The notes under the pieces were generated by a model, which was not told the origin of the DNA, did no database searches, and was given only the letters and a program-made list of their open reading frames with translations. This document shows positions 48,815 to 58,060 of a stretch of DNA of 64,000 bases, piece by piece; position 1 is the stretch's first letter; each line of letters starts with the position of its first letter. The position numbers were made by a program, and so were the translations under genes. Origin of the DNA: Chlorobiota bacterium (GTDB taxonomy: Bacteria; Bacteroidota; Ignavibacteria; OLB7); the NCBI GenBank assembly GCA_021296135.1, contig JAGWAZ010000001.1, positions 1,908 through 65,907 of the forward strand. Direction: 5' to 3'.

Positions 48815-49300
48815 AAATCACAAGCGGTATCATCCCAAACTTTGAACAAGATACGGATACGCCCGTTTTCAAGTTTATAGGCATACTGAAACTTCGCCGA
48901 ACGATATTTATGCTTTACTTTGGACCTTGGAGATTTAATGCGTCGGCCTTTCTTACCATTTTTCATCCAGTCAAAGAATCTTTAGTAAGCAAGGTGAATA
49001 CGGAATAATCACAGCATCAAGGGTGTCGTGTGTATCCATGCCCAGTACTTCTTTGTGTGTTTGAGCAATTTAGTAAGGTGAGGCTTAAGGCGATACCTGC
49101 CCGCATATTTTCCGAATATGCGATAATACCGCTTCTCCAAACGCAGAAAGTGGTTGTGGACATCCGCAAGTTCGTCGAGCATATTTGCCCAAACGTTTGT
49201 TCTTGGGATGACTGCGTATCTGATGTTTGTCGGTTCGCATCGTATACTCCAGCACCGTTCCTGATACCACTCGATTGGGCAGAACGCCCTGGGGCCTTTA
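48815..49300 (-). pseudogene. Degraded ORF of ~160 codons in a single frame, interrupted by two in-frame stops. It may be a remnant of a mobile element or intron-associated gene. Identity unknown.
   Basis: The minus-strand frame reads ...PIEWYQERCWSIRCEPTNIRYAVIPRTNVWANMLDELADVHNHFLRLEKRYYRIFGKYAGRYRLKPHLTKLLKHTKKYWAWIHTTPLML*LFRIHLAY*RFFDWMKNGKKGRRIKSPRSKVKHKYRSAKFQYAYKLENGRIRILFKVWDDTACDFKYH*. It is basic and W/Y/R/K-rich, as nucleic-acid-binding mobile-element proteins are. No intact ORF remains. Confidence 0.3.
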
Positions 49301-49369
49301 AACGGAAGAACCCGTCATCAGTGAGTGGCTGATGACGAGGCTCCCGTTATGTTCATCCAACACTGTGGA

Positions 49370-50515
49370 TTACTCAAAGAGTTGAAGTTCCCCGTCCTTG
49401 ACAATAAGTACAACCGGGTCATACATTGCCTCTCCGTTAGAATCGAAAGAGAAGTCACCTAAAATCGTGGGAAAATCCATAGTCTGCGCGAGTGCGTCCC
49501 GAATCGCGGTTGACTCTGTCGATTGCGCTTTCCCAATTGCATCAGCGAGAATATAGAGGGTTGCATACGATTGCGCTGCCCATAGTTCAGCCTCAATACC
49601 GTATTTCGCCCGATAATTCTGAATGAAGGCTTGGTTTCCCGGTGTGTCAGACATACTGGACCACCCGCTGAAAGATATCGCCCCCTCGGCAGCATCTCCC
49701 GCTTTTTGTACTTCGTCTCTGCTCAACTCGGGAACAATAAAGTGAACAGATTCGGGGATACCGATCTCGCGCCCTTGAATGAGAATCTGCCTCACCTCTG
49801 GTCCCAGTGCAGAGATGAAGAGTGCGTCAGGCTCCATGTCCATTATCTTGGTTAATTGCTCAGAAAAATCGGTATCGCCGGTTTGGAAGGTTTCGACCGT
49901 CAGAATCTCGACTCCATTCTCCTTTAGTGCTTCCCCGATTTCCTTGTTGCTACTTGTAGAGTAGACATCAATGCTATCATATATCGCCGCCACTTTTTTA
50001 TAGCCGAGTTTCTCCCGCGTCGCCATCACACCATTGGGAATCAGTATATCTGTGGCGAGAGGCGCACGGAAGATAAAATCTCCAATCCCGCTCAAACCAG
50101 CAGCAGAGGAGACCGAGCTAAAAGCTACCACCCCATTCTCTTGGGCAATCGGAAAAGCATCTTTGAGCTGAGTTGAGATAGCTATTCCGACGATGGCAGG
50201 TACGCCGCGATCGACCAATTGCTGCACAGCTTCCTTCGCTCCCGCTACGGTGCTCTGATCGTCAACGATGTCGAACGTGATGTTCAGGTTCGCATCACTG
50301 AGCATGTTAATCTCCTCTCGTGCTAACTCAAAGCCGCGTCGCATTGGGAAGCCATACGATTCGTTTTGCCCTGTCAACGGTACGACAACACCGATCGAAA
50401 TCTCTTCAACAGTAGTCACCGGAGGCATTTCCTCCCCTTCACAACCGGAAACCCCCACAGCCAAAGCAACAATTGCCAATACAGATGCGAATGCTATAAG
50501 TCCTTTTGTCTTCAT
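49370..50515 (-). CDS. LivJ/LivK-like (Peripla_BP_6) branched-chain amino acid ABC substrate-binding lipoprotein, with no cognate permease/ATPase nearby
   Basis: Lipoprotein signal ...LAVGVSGCEGEE. Type I SBP fold pattern. Sits inside the atp operon. Confidence 0.7.
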   Translation of the reverse strand: MKTKGLIAFASVLAIVALAVGVSGCEGEEMPPVTTVEEISIGVVVPLTGQNESYGFPMRRGFELAREEINMLSDANLNITFDIVDDQSTVAGAKEAVQQLVDRGVPAIVGIAISTQLKDAFPIAQENGVVAFSSVSSAAGLSGIGDFIFRAPLATDILIPNGVMATREKLGYKKVAAIYDSIDVYSTSSNKEIGEALKENGVEILTVETFQTGDTDFSEQLTKIMDMEPDALFISALGPEVRQILIQGREIGIPESVHFIVPELSRDEVQKAGDAAEGAISFSGWSSMSDTPGNQAFIQNYRAKYGIEAELWAAQSYATLYILADAIGKAQSTESTAIRDALAQTMDFPTILGDFSFDSNGEAMYDPVVLIVKDGELQLFE

Positions 50516-50693
50516 GTTGTATCTCCTTTGTTATTATAATGAAGGGTCAGGCAGTGCCCATCAAGAAAAACATCACCGCCCTCAACCAGATTCCGTTATC
50601 GTCAGAAAAAACGAGTTTTTGTTATGAAGCCACTTAATATACTCCAAAAATCGCTTTGAAGCCAAGTATTCCAACTTAATCGGCGTGAAAAAC

Positions 50694-51767
50694 TTAACCG
50701 TAGTCATGGGAGTGCATACCCATGCTTGCAAAGACTGCAACGAGAATCGTGAAAATGTAAGCCTGAATAAAGGCTATAAGTATTTCAAGCAGGTTAATGA
50801 AGAGCGAAAACGCGACGGAGACCGGGGCAAATTCAAGGCCGAGAACAAAAATCAACCCGATCAATGAAAGAAGAACAACGTGCCCACCCGTCATGTTCGC
50901 AAAGAGTCGAACGCAAAGAGCAAAAGGTTTTGCAAAAAGACCCAGGATTTCGACCGGAACCATAATCAGCCACATAGCTATAGGTGTTCCTCCAGTCAAG
51001 TGTTTGAACCAAGCCATTATTCCAGCATCCCGAATCGCCGCATATTGGATGACAAAGAAGGCGACAATTGCAAGACCAGCAGTAACACTCAAACTTCCTG
51101 TTGCAGAGTGCCCTCCGGGAATCAGTCCGAGAAGGTTCATCACGAGGATAAACGTAAAGAAGGTGAACAGGATCGGAGTAAGCGACCTTCCGACTTTTCC
51201 ACTTCCCACGTTCGGAATCACCAGATTGTCTCTGAGATATTCTATCAACCCCTCCATTGCGTTGAAGAACCCTTTATGAGCACGACCTCCCAGCTTTTTA
51301 GCTTTGCGTCCCATCGGAATAAAGATGGCAAGCAGAACCAGCATTGCGAGCCACTGAAATGCAACGAGACTGGTGATCGATATATCGAGCGCTGGAGTTT
51401 GATGATCTGAGACGCGCACAATCGTCTTGTGATCTTCCCTTTCTCTATTCGTCCAGTCCTTCTTGACTTCTTCTGGCAAATGATACTTCAGAATATACTC
51501 CCCCTCTTGTTCCATTGCATCCACGTTCGCATAGAAATGGAATCCATCATCAATGAGGATAACCGGCAAATCGACAATGTGAAGAGGGCCGACCTCGATC
51601 TCGCGGTGATCCCCAAGAGTACCGATCAGTGCCTGAAACGGCCCCTCTTCCTTACCATGTCCCTCATCTGAATGCTGATCAGTATTGTGTCCAGGCTCAT
51701 TCTCTGCCAGAAGCTCATCAGCCTGGGCAATCAGTTCATGGTTGACGTCAAGTTTCGGATCGTTCAT
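50694..51767 (-). CDS. atpB: ATP synthase Fo subunit a with a ~130-aa hydrophilic N-terminal extension
   Basis: C-terminal half carries the a-subunit helices (...LCVRLFANMTGGHVVL... conserved Arg). The N-terminal acidic extension is common in Bacteroidota/Chlorobi atpB. Confidence 0.85.
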   Translation of the reverse strand: MNDPKLDVNHELIAQADELLAENEPGHNTDQHSDEGHGKEEGPFQALIGTLGDHREIEVGPLHIVDLPVILIDDGFHFYANVDAMEQEGEYILKYHLPEEVKKDWTNREREDHKTIVRVSDHQTPALDISITSLVAFQWLAMLVLLAIFIPMGRKAKKLGGRAHKGFFNAMEGLIEYLRDNLVIPNVGSGKVGRSLTPILFTFFTFILVMNLLGLIPGGHSATGSLSVTAGLAIVAFFVIQYAAIRDAGIMAWFKHLTGGTPIAMWLIMVPVEILGLFAKPFALCVRLFANMTGGHVVLLSLIGLIFVLGLEFAPVSVAFSLFINLLEILIAFIQAYIFTILVAVFASMGMHSHDYG

Positions 51768-51871
51768 GTATCCCTGATATGAATAAAGTATGTTAGTACC
51801 TTCTCTCCTGCGAGGATCACCCGGATCACTGTGCTAAAGCAGGGCGCTAACTTGTAGAGTTCTCTACGCTT

Positions 51872-51927
51872 ACTTTGCACTTCTAACTTCCTACTTCCAA
51901 CTTCTAACTTCCTACTTCTAACTTCCA
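51872..51927. repeat. Heptamer tandem repeat (ACTTCNA/ACTTCCT) x7-8. On the atp coding strand it reads GGAAGTAGAAGTTAGAAGTTGGAAGTAGGAAGTTAGAAGT.
   Basis: Plus strand reads acttcta acttcct acttcca acttcta acttcct acttcta acttcca. It lies ~110 nt upstream of the atpB start and overlaps the last codons of the atpI-like gene. Confidence 0.7.
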
Positions 51928-52295
51928 ACGTGTTTGGACATGACCTTGACAAGAAAGACAATTTCCTGAATCAGAAAGACGAAATAGAATCCCAACAGGA
52001 AGAAGGTCAATGTCTGCGGATCAAATCCCTCGGTCAATAAATAGGCAAAGACCAGCAGCATTATCAACACCCGTGCTCCCATCCCCCCGAAGTATGCAGC
52101 CATGAAGACGAAGTTCTCTTTATCTATCGACCACTCAATAATCCACAACCCGACAACAGCATTGATAAAGGCCATAGCGCCGGCAGCATATATGGCGCTT
52201 CGAGTATCATCGAACCAAGCAATAACCGGGTACGCAAGTAAGGCTGCCAGAATACCGGCCAGTATCAGAACCGGTTTCGGGAAACGGAATCTCAT
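51918..52295 (-). CDS. atpI: ATP synthase protein I-like small membrane protein
   Basis: 125-aa, 4-TM hydrophobic protein immediately upstream of atpB. Confidence 0.45.
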   Translation of the reverse strand: MRFRFPKPVLILAGILAALLAYPVIAWFDDTRSAIYAAGAMAFINAVVGLWIIEWSIDKENFVFMAAYFGGMGARVLIMLLVFAYLLTEGFDPQTLTFFLLGFYFVFLIQEIVFLVKVMSKHVGS

Positions 52296-52306
52296 GCGGT
52301 GCGTAG

Positions 52307-52597
52307 TTAATCCTCTAACCCTTTGGCTGACGCGTCCATCTGATCGTTACTTCGTTTATCCACCGACTTCTGTTTTGACGTTCCAATATTCAGAGCAGTT
52401 CTGATAAAACTCATCATCCCACCAGTTGCACCGAAAACAAGACCGGCAAGCAATAACCACGGTTGCGTCTCAAACTTTGTATCCAACCACCACCCTAAAG
52501 CCGCAAAAGCTAAAATGGTAGCAGTTAACTGGATCCCTATGCCAAGAAGCGAACTGACTTTCCTTACGTCGTTGCCTGCACCAAATGACTTCATCAA
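52307..52597 (-). CDS. AtpZ/AtpI-family small membrane protein (F1Fo-associated)
   Basis: 96-aa, two-TM protein with ...LGIGIQLTATILAFAALGWWLD..., at the head of the atp cluster. Confidence 0.45.
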   Translation of the reverse strand: MMKSFGAGNDVRKVSSLLGIGIQLTATILAFAALGWWLDTKFETQPWLLLAGLVFGATGGMMSFIRTALNIGTSKQKSVDKRSNDQMDASAKGLED

Positions 52598-52901
52598 AGC
52601 TCACCGTGAACGTTGTGAACTCATGACTCCTGACTCCTCGTATCCTGAAAGGGACAAAACTACGGAAGGGAGACTCTTCATCGAACCCTTTTCTCCCAAC
52701 ACTTTGTATCCTGAGCTGAAAACGAGGGTAAAAGTTGAAAGCGTTACTGAGAGCAATGTTTCCTCTTCTTTACATGTAATCCCTTTCACAGCTGTGGTAA
52801 CACTTGCAATTTACACTTTGTTTGTACCAACCTAAATAGCTATAATGTATTCTAATAGTACCAGCCTTAGTTATCCAACAGTTGCACAAAATCCACTGCT
52901 C

Positions 52902-53612
52902 ATGGCATTTTCCGTCTTGGTTATTGATGATGAAGAGGATATCATACGACTTCTTCGTTATAATCTTGAAAAAGAGGGGTATTCGGTCGATACCGCACCA
53001 AACGGGATTGATGCTCTGAAAAAGGCCGGAACCAACTCTTATGACCTGATTATTCTCGATATCATGATGCCTGGGATGGACGGCTATGACGTTTGCAAGA
53101 AACTGCGCACACATCCAACTCACTTACAAACCCCGATTATCTTCCTTACCGCCCGTGTTGGAGAACTTGATGAAATCCTCGGTCTTGAGCTTGGTGCAGA
53201 CGATTATATCCAGAAACCGATCTCTCCTCGTGTCCTCCTCGCCCGCGTGAAGCGAATTCTTCGTCGGAAGGATGAACTTGTGAAGACCGAAACGGTGGTT
53301 GCACCGGAAATTCTGCGGATTAACGGACTTGTGATCAATCGGCAGAACTATACGGTCAACGTTGAGGGGATTGAGAAGTTTTTTCCGAAAAAAGAGTTTG
53401 AGCTTCTCGCCTTCCTTGCGGCGAACCCCGGAAGAGTCTTTTCGCGAGACGAGCTTCTTAGTCGTATATGGGGTGAAAGCGTTCAGGTTGTAGAACGAAC
53501 AGTAGATGTTCACGTATCAAAAATACGTGACAAACTCGGTACGCTAAGCGATCATATCGAGACTGTCAAGGGAGTCGGCTATCGATATCAGATTATAACT
53601 TCAAGGACGTAG
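52902..53612 (+). CDS. OmpR/PhoB-family response regulator
   Basis: Receiver domain VLVIDDEEDI...DLIILDIMMPGMDG, winged-helix C-terminus ...RVFSRDELLSRIWG.... Confidence 0.85.
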   Translation: MAFSVLVIDDEEDIIRLLRYNLEKEGYSVDTAPNGIDALKKAGTNSYDLIILDIMMPGMDGYDVCKKLRTHPTHLQTPIIFLTARVGELDEILGLELGADDYIQKPISPRVLLARVKRILRRKDELVKTETVVAPEILRINGLVINRQNYTVNVEGIEKFFPKKEFELLAFLAANPGRVFSRDELLSRIWGESVQVVERTVDVHVSKIRDKLGTLSDHIETVKGVGYRYQIITSRT

Positions 53613-53680
53613 AAGGAGAGTAGCCTACACACGCACACATTATGGCACCGTTAAAATTTGCTGAATTATAGATAGTCCTG

Positions 53681-54871
53681 TTGCCCATTCAACGATTCTT
53701 GCGTAACATAGTTGACAAATTACCTGGAAACACCCTCATATTGCAGCAGACACCTGTCGTCAACCAAGAGCCATCTGACTCGAAACGCGGAATCGTCATG
53801 CAACGCTCTCTCCTTCAATGGCGACGCCAAATCACAATGGTTCTCACCATAAGCTTCTGTGCGGTGGTGAGCCTGATTTTTGTCCTCCTGATAACAACCG
53901 GCCTCTCTGGAGCAATAACATCAATCTGGTTTTGGTCAAGCCTGTGTCTGTTATCATTGCTTCTTTTTCTGCATTTCACCTTTCGATCTTTTCTGTCAGG
54001 ACTGCGCAACGACATTGTGGCGCTGACCTCAAAAGCGCTATCACATAACGAACAGATCAAGCACTCCGAGTTTAGGAACAGAATCTTATCATTAGTCGAT
54101 CTTGAGCGATTGTCCGATGCAATTGAGAGCATTGCGGAGAAAGCAACAAAGGACATTTCCGAACTGAAACGACTTGAACAGGTACGAAGTGAATTTCTGG
54201 GAAACGTTTCGCATGAACTCCGTACTCCGATTTTTTCTATACAGGGATACCTTGAAACGTTAATCGATGGTGCAATTGATGACCCGGAGGTGCGGGATGA
54301 ATTTCTTGAGAAGGCGCATAACAACATGCTCCGGCTCCATTCACTTCTGAACGATCTGATTGAAGTCTCGAGAATTGAATCGGGGGCCATGAAAATGAGC
54401 TTCCGTTATTTTGATTTGTTGGCACTCGCCACAGGAGTAGTCTCTGCAATGGAATCGACTGCTAACATGGCTGAGATCACCTTTTATTTGGAGGCAAAAG
54501 GAAAGGATCGTGACGGAAAGATCATGGCGCTTGGGGATAGAAAGCATATAGAACAGGCATTGGTCAATCTTGTTGATAACGCCATAAAATACAACCGGCG
54601 TGGTGGCGAGGTCAGAGTTGCCCTTGCTTCTATCGATTCAACAGTCCACGTAAGCGTAAGTGATACTGGCATCGGAATTCCGCCGGAGCATCTCAACAGA
54701 ATCTTTGAGCGTTTTTACAGAGTCGATAAAGGCCGATCACGTGATGTGGGAGGTAGCGGCCTCGGTCTTGCAATTGTAAAACATATCATCGAAGCACACG
54801 GCTCTCAAATTGCCGTTCAATCCCTTCCTGAAACAGGGACTTCCTTTAACTTCGCTCTTTCTCGTGACTAA
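53681..54871 (+). CDS. Sensor histidine kinase. Start uncertain: alternative Met at 53798.
   Basis: TM segments, H-box LGNVSHELRTP, N-box LVDNAIKYN, G-boxes DTGIGIP and GGSGLGLAIVK. Confidence 0.8.
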   Translation: MPIQRFLRNIVDKLPGNTLILQQTPVVNQEPSDSKRGIVMQRSLLQWRRQITMVLTISFCAVVSLIFVLLITTGLSGAITSIWFWSSLCLLSLLLFLHFTFRSFLSGLRNDIVALTSKALSHNEQIKHSEFRNRILSLVDLERLSDAIESIAEKATKDISELKRLEQVRSEFLGNVSHELRTPIFSIQGYLETLIDGAIDDPEVRDEFLEKAHNNMLRLHSLLNDLIEVSRIESGAMKMSFRYFDLLALATGVVSAMESTANMAEITFYLEAKGKDRDGKIMALGDRKHIEQALVNLVDNAIKYNRRGGEVRVALASIDSTVHVSVSDTGIGIPPEHLNRIFERFYRVDKGRSRDVGGSGLGLAIVKHIIEAHGSQIAVQSLPETGTSFNFALSRD

Positions 54872-54984
54872 CCAAGCTCCTCCACATACCCTTCGTAACC
54901 GTTGCTATTCTATGTAGCCGCTGTATATTTATTAGTTTGTAATTGATTCTAAGAGTATTCACCAACGATATAAAACGAAGACCT

Positions 54985-57135
54985 ATGGCCTTCATGGAAA
55001 AACTCCGGCGCAATGTGTTTGGAGTAATTGGTACAATATTCCTGTTTGTTATTCTCATCGTCATGGTATGGGGTGATGCCTCGCAGGGTGGCGGTGGCTA
55101 CTTTGATCCGTCAGCAAACGTTGCCGGGACTGTCAATGGAGAGAAGATAACCTATAGTGAGCTTTCCAGCTTAACTGAGCTCTATACGAACTTTGAGCAG
55201 CAGATAAAAGGTCAGACTGAAGTCGACCGTGATCAGATGCAGGAGCAAGCATGGAACTTTCTTGAGCTTGAGCAACTATATATCCAAGTTGCGGACCAGA
55301 ATGGAGTAACTGTTTCTGATAAGCAACTGCAGGACCATATGTTTCTTTTTCCCTCGCAAAGATTGCAAGCTATTACTCGTGATAGCACGGGTAACTTTAA
55401 CCAAGCACTATATTGGGAATTCCTATCGGACCCTGAAAGGCTACTTGTTTCAAACCCACCTGAGCAAATCGTTTTCTTTAAAAGCTTGATTCAGCTTGCT
55501 GAACGAGAAGCCCGACTTCAAATTATCCGGTTACAACTAACTGGTTTAATCGGCTCTCTTTATCCACGCTCTCCGGTTCTGCTCAGGGACGAGTATGATA
55601 TGCAGAATACCCAGGCAAGGGGCAGCTTCGTTCTGTTTGGCTCAAATATGATCCCCGATGCTCAAATTGAAGTAACAGAGGAGGAGGCCAAGGCATATTA
55701 TGACGGTCATGTTGCTCAATACAAGCAGGAGGCATCCCGTGTTGTTCGCTACGTCATGTTGCGTCTTGGACCATCAGATAAAGACAGTTTAAAGGTTCAG
55801 AAAAAGTTTACCAAGTACATAAATGCAATGGAAGGGGCAACCACTCCTGAGCAACAGGATTCGGTTTTTGGCCAGTTGGCAGCTTCATCAGACTTCACAA
55901 CGCAGAAGTTTACCGGAGTCGGCTTTGTTCATGCAAAAGAGCTCCCGATTGAAATCCGTGACACAATCATGAAGTTGACAGCTCCGGCCGTCATTGGTCC
56001 TGTTGTGGTCGGACGAAAAAGGTATTACATCAACCTGATGGAGACCACCGAGACCGAGGCAAAGAACAATGTCCGAGCACAGCATATTCTTTTGAAATCA
56101 GCCGAAGAGAACGACAGTATCAAGTCAATTGCCGATGACCTGGCCGAACGGGCACGGAACGGAGCCGACTTTGCTGCGCTGGCAAGGGAGCATAGCGAGG
56201 ATTCGGCCTCCGCAGTAGAAGGTGGAGATGTCGGTTGGATTATGGACACAACACAATTTGCTGTCGAGTTCAAAGATGCAGCCCTCAAGGCATCAAAGGG
56301 AGACATTGTCGGTCCGGTGCGTACGGTCTTTGGGTATCATGTCATAAAAATCACAGATCAGGATCGGCGCGGCTACAAGCTTCGGGCCTTTAACTTTGAT
56401 GTGGCAATTTCGAGCGCCACACGGAATAAACTCGCTCGTCAGGCAAGCCAGATCAGAAAGAGTCTCGAGGAAGGGGAAAATTTTGATTCCGTTGCAGCAA
56501 GAAACAGAATGAGAGTTATTGACAGCTCGCCACTGACCTCACCGAACAATCCCGTTGCAGGCTCCTGGAAGTTGGCTGCATTTACCTTCAGGGGCGATCT
56601 GGACGAAGTAAGTGAAGTGATTACCACAGATGACGACGCACGAATCGTTGCTCAAATTTCAAAAATCACTTCTGCCGGCCCAATCCCTTTTGAGGAGAAG
56701 AAGGAAGAGATTATTGCCTATCTCAAGAACAGGAAGAAAGTCGATATGTTGAAAGGGCAAGCAGAGAAGGTTCGTGCCGGACTTTCGACCGGCGATGACC
56801 TGGCAAAAGCATTGACAATTGACTCGACGGCATCACTGCGTGAATTCACGAACGTTTCGCCGACCGGAACGTTCCCTGATGTTGGTCAGGATCCAATACT
56901 GGCAGCAAAAGTCTTTGGTATGAAGCCAGGCGAGATCTCAAACGCAATTAAAGGGGCGCGAGGTTACTATATTGTCAAACTCGACAGTCTTTCATTGCCA
57001 GACGATGCAAAGTACGATGCAGAGAAAGGAGAGTTCGTAAAGCAAACGATAACACAAAAGCGTCAGAACCTCGTAACTAGGTGGTTCATTGACTCCCACA
57101 ACAAGTCAACGATTACTCGGAATTGGAGTAATTAG
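54985..57135 (+). CDS. PpiD/SurA-like periplasmic chaperone with a parvulin-type PPIase domain
   Basis: N-terminal TM anchor. SurA_N-like region. Parvulin motif ...GGDVGWI....FGYHVIKI. Confidence 0.7.
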   Translation: MAFMEKLRRNVFGVIGTIFLFVILIVMVWGDASQGGGGYFDPSANVAGTVNGEKITYSELSSLTELYTNFEQQIKGQTEVDRDQMQEQAWNFLELEQLYIQVADQNGVTVSDKQLQDHMFLFPSQRLQAITRDSTGNFNQALYWEFLSDPERLLVSNPPEQIVFFKSLIQLAEREARLQIIRLQLTGLIGSLYPRSPVLLRDEYDMQNTQARGSFVLFGSNMIPDAQIEVTEEEAKAYYDGHVAQYKQEASRVVRYVMLRLGPSDKDSLKVQKKFTKYINAMEGATTPEQQDSVFGQLAASSDFTTQKFTGVGFVHAKELPIEIRDTIMKLTAPAVIGPVVVGRKRYYINLMETTETEAKNNVRAQHILLKSAEENDSIKSIADDLAERARNGADFAALAREHSEDSASAVEGGDVGWIMDTTQFAVEFKDAALKASKGDIVGPVRTVFGYHVIKITDQDRRGYKLRAFNFDVAISSATRNKLARQASQIRKSLEEGENFDSVAARNRMRVIDSSPLTSPNNPVAGSWKLAAFTFRGDLDEVSEVITTDDDARIVAQISKITSAGPIPFEEKKEEIIAYLKNRKKVDMLKGQAEKVRAGLSTGDDLAKALTIDSTASLREFTNVSPTGTFPDVGQDPILAAKVFGMKPGEISNAIKGARGYYIVKLDSLSLPDDAKYDAEKGEFVKQTITQKRQNLVTRWFIDSHNKSTITRNWSN

Positions 57136-57281
57136 TCGTCCCTTAAAAATTAACATTCAAGTTCTATATGGTTCTATTTGTGCAGAGCTCCTTGCGCAGT
57201 AATACAGACAAAACGATATATTGCTTTTTGAACCAAGACAAGCATCGTCAGACTACGTTAAGCCTGTCAACTGAGACCAAA

Positions 57282-57320
57282 AGAAGCGGGAGTGCCTGAT
57301 CGCACTCCCGCTTCTTTTCT
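57282..57320. terminator. Bidirectional rho-independent terminator between convergent genes
   Basis: agaagcgggagtgc-ctgatc-gcactcccgcttct, a perfect 14-bp stem flanked by T runs on both strands. Confidence 0.7.
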
Positions 57321-57363
57321 GATCTGGAAAAACTTGGCTGCCTACCTTCTACCAACTGCACCC

Positions 57364-57987
57364 TCAATTCGTAAAACTCGCGTTCACAATCGTCAACTCA
57401 TCGGGATAAGTCACATCCCTAAACGGCATGTCTACCGTTACTCTTGCAGTTAGTTTCAGTCGTGAGCTTGATCCTGATACGCCACCAATGGCAAAGGCAA
57501 GGTTAAAAAGATCATCATAACCCTTATCGGCAAAGAATTGAAGCAAATCGAGATTCATTATGAGCTGGTTGGTAACGGTCTCACCCGTTCCCGGGATCTT
57601 CCACCCTGAAGCAACACCATTGATTGTCATTTTATCATCGATGTAGAGATTCCATTCCAACCTTTTGATGATAAGATCGGTACCTTCGTTCGTCGAAGTA
57701 CCAGTGTTGGGATTCTTCGTGAGAACATCAAGTGCAAACGACACAGGAAATTTTTTGCTGTTATAAGCATTCAAGACCTTTAGTCCGTCGATTACACTCA
57801 AGTTTGAAGGGGACGAAAGTTTTGAGATGTCAATGCCCCCTGCCTGAAAGTTATGGACATCACCGAGCTTGAACTGCAGTTGTTTCAGTGAGTTCAATGC
57901 GTTGGCTGCATCCCTGATTGTCTGACATCCGGGAAGAATGATTATGCCGGTTACAATGGCAATGATGATTGCTTTCGTACTTCTCAT
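57364..57987 (-). CDS. Hypothetical lipoprotein
   Basis: Start chosen at MRSTKAIIIAIVTGIIILPGC (lipobox LPGC). ~200 aa with a beta-rich composition. Confidence 0.45.
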   Translation of the reverse strand: MRSTKAIIIAIVTGIIILPGCQTIRDAANALNSLKQLQFKLGDVHNFQAGGIDISKLSSPSNLSVIDGLKVLNAYNSKKFPVSFALDVLTKNPNTGTSTNEGTDLIIKRLEWNLYIDDKMTINGVASGWKIPGTGETVTNQLIMNLDLLQFFADKGYDDLFNLAFAIGGVSGSSSRLKLTARVTVDMPFRDVTYPDELTIVNASFTN

Positions 57988-58060
57988 ACTCCTTTCGCTG
58001 TTGTTCGTGAACAGATTGCGGGAAGATACAAAACGGAAAGACTCATGAAACGGTAAAGTC

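Noticed and set aside
50797-51410. Two overlapping plus-strand ORFs (160 and 176 aa) opposite atpB
   Set aside because: Antisense to the conserved atpB coding sequence with no motifs, so they are shadow ORFs.
51764-51961. 65-aa ORF translating the heptamer repeat (LEVRSRKLEVGSRKLEV)
   Set aside because: An artefact of translating the ACTTCNA tandem array. It also overlaps the atpI-like gene end.
53815-54390. 191-aa minus-strand ORF inside the histidine kinase gene
   Set aside because: Antisense to the conserved H-box region of the kinase, with R/S-rich low-complexity composition.
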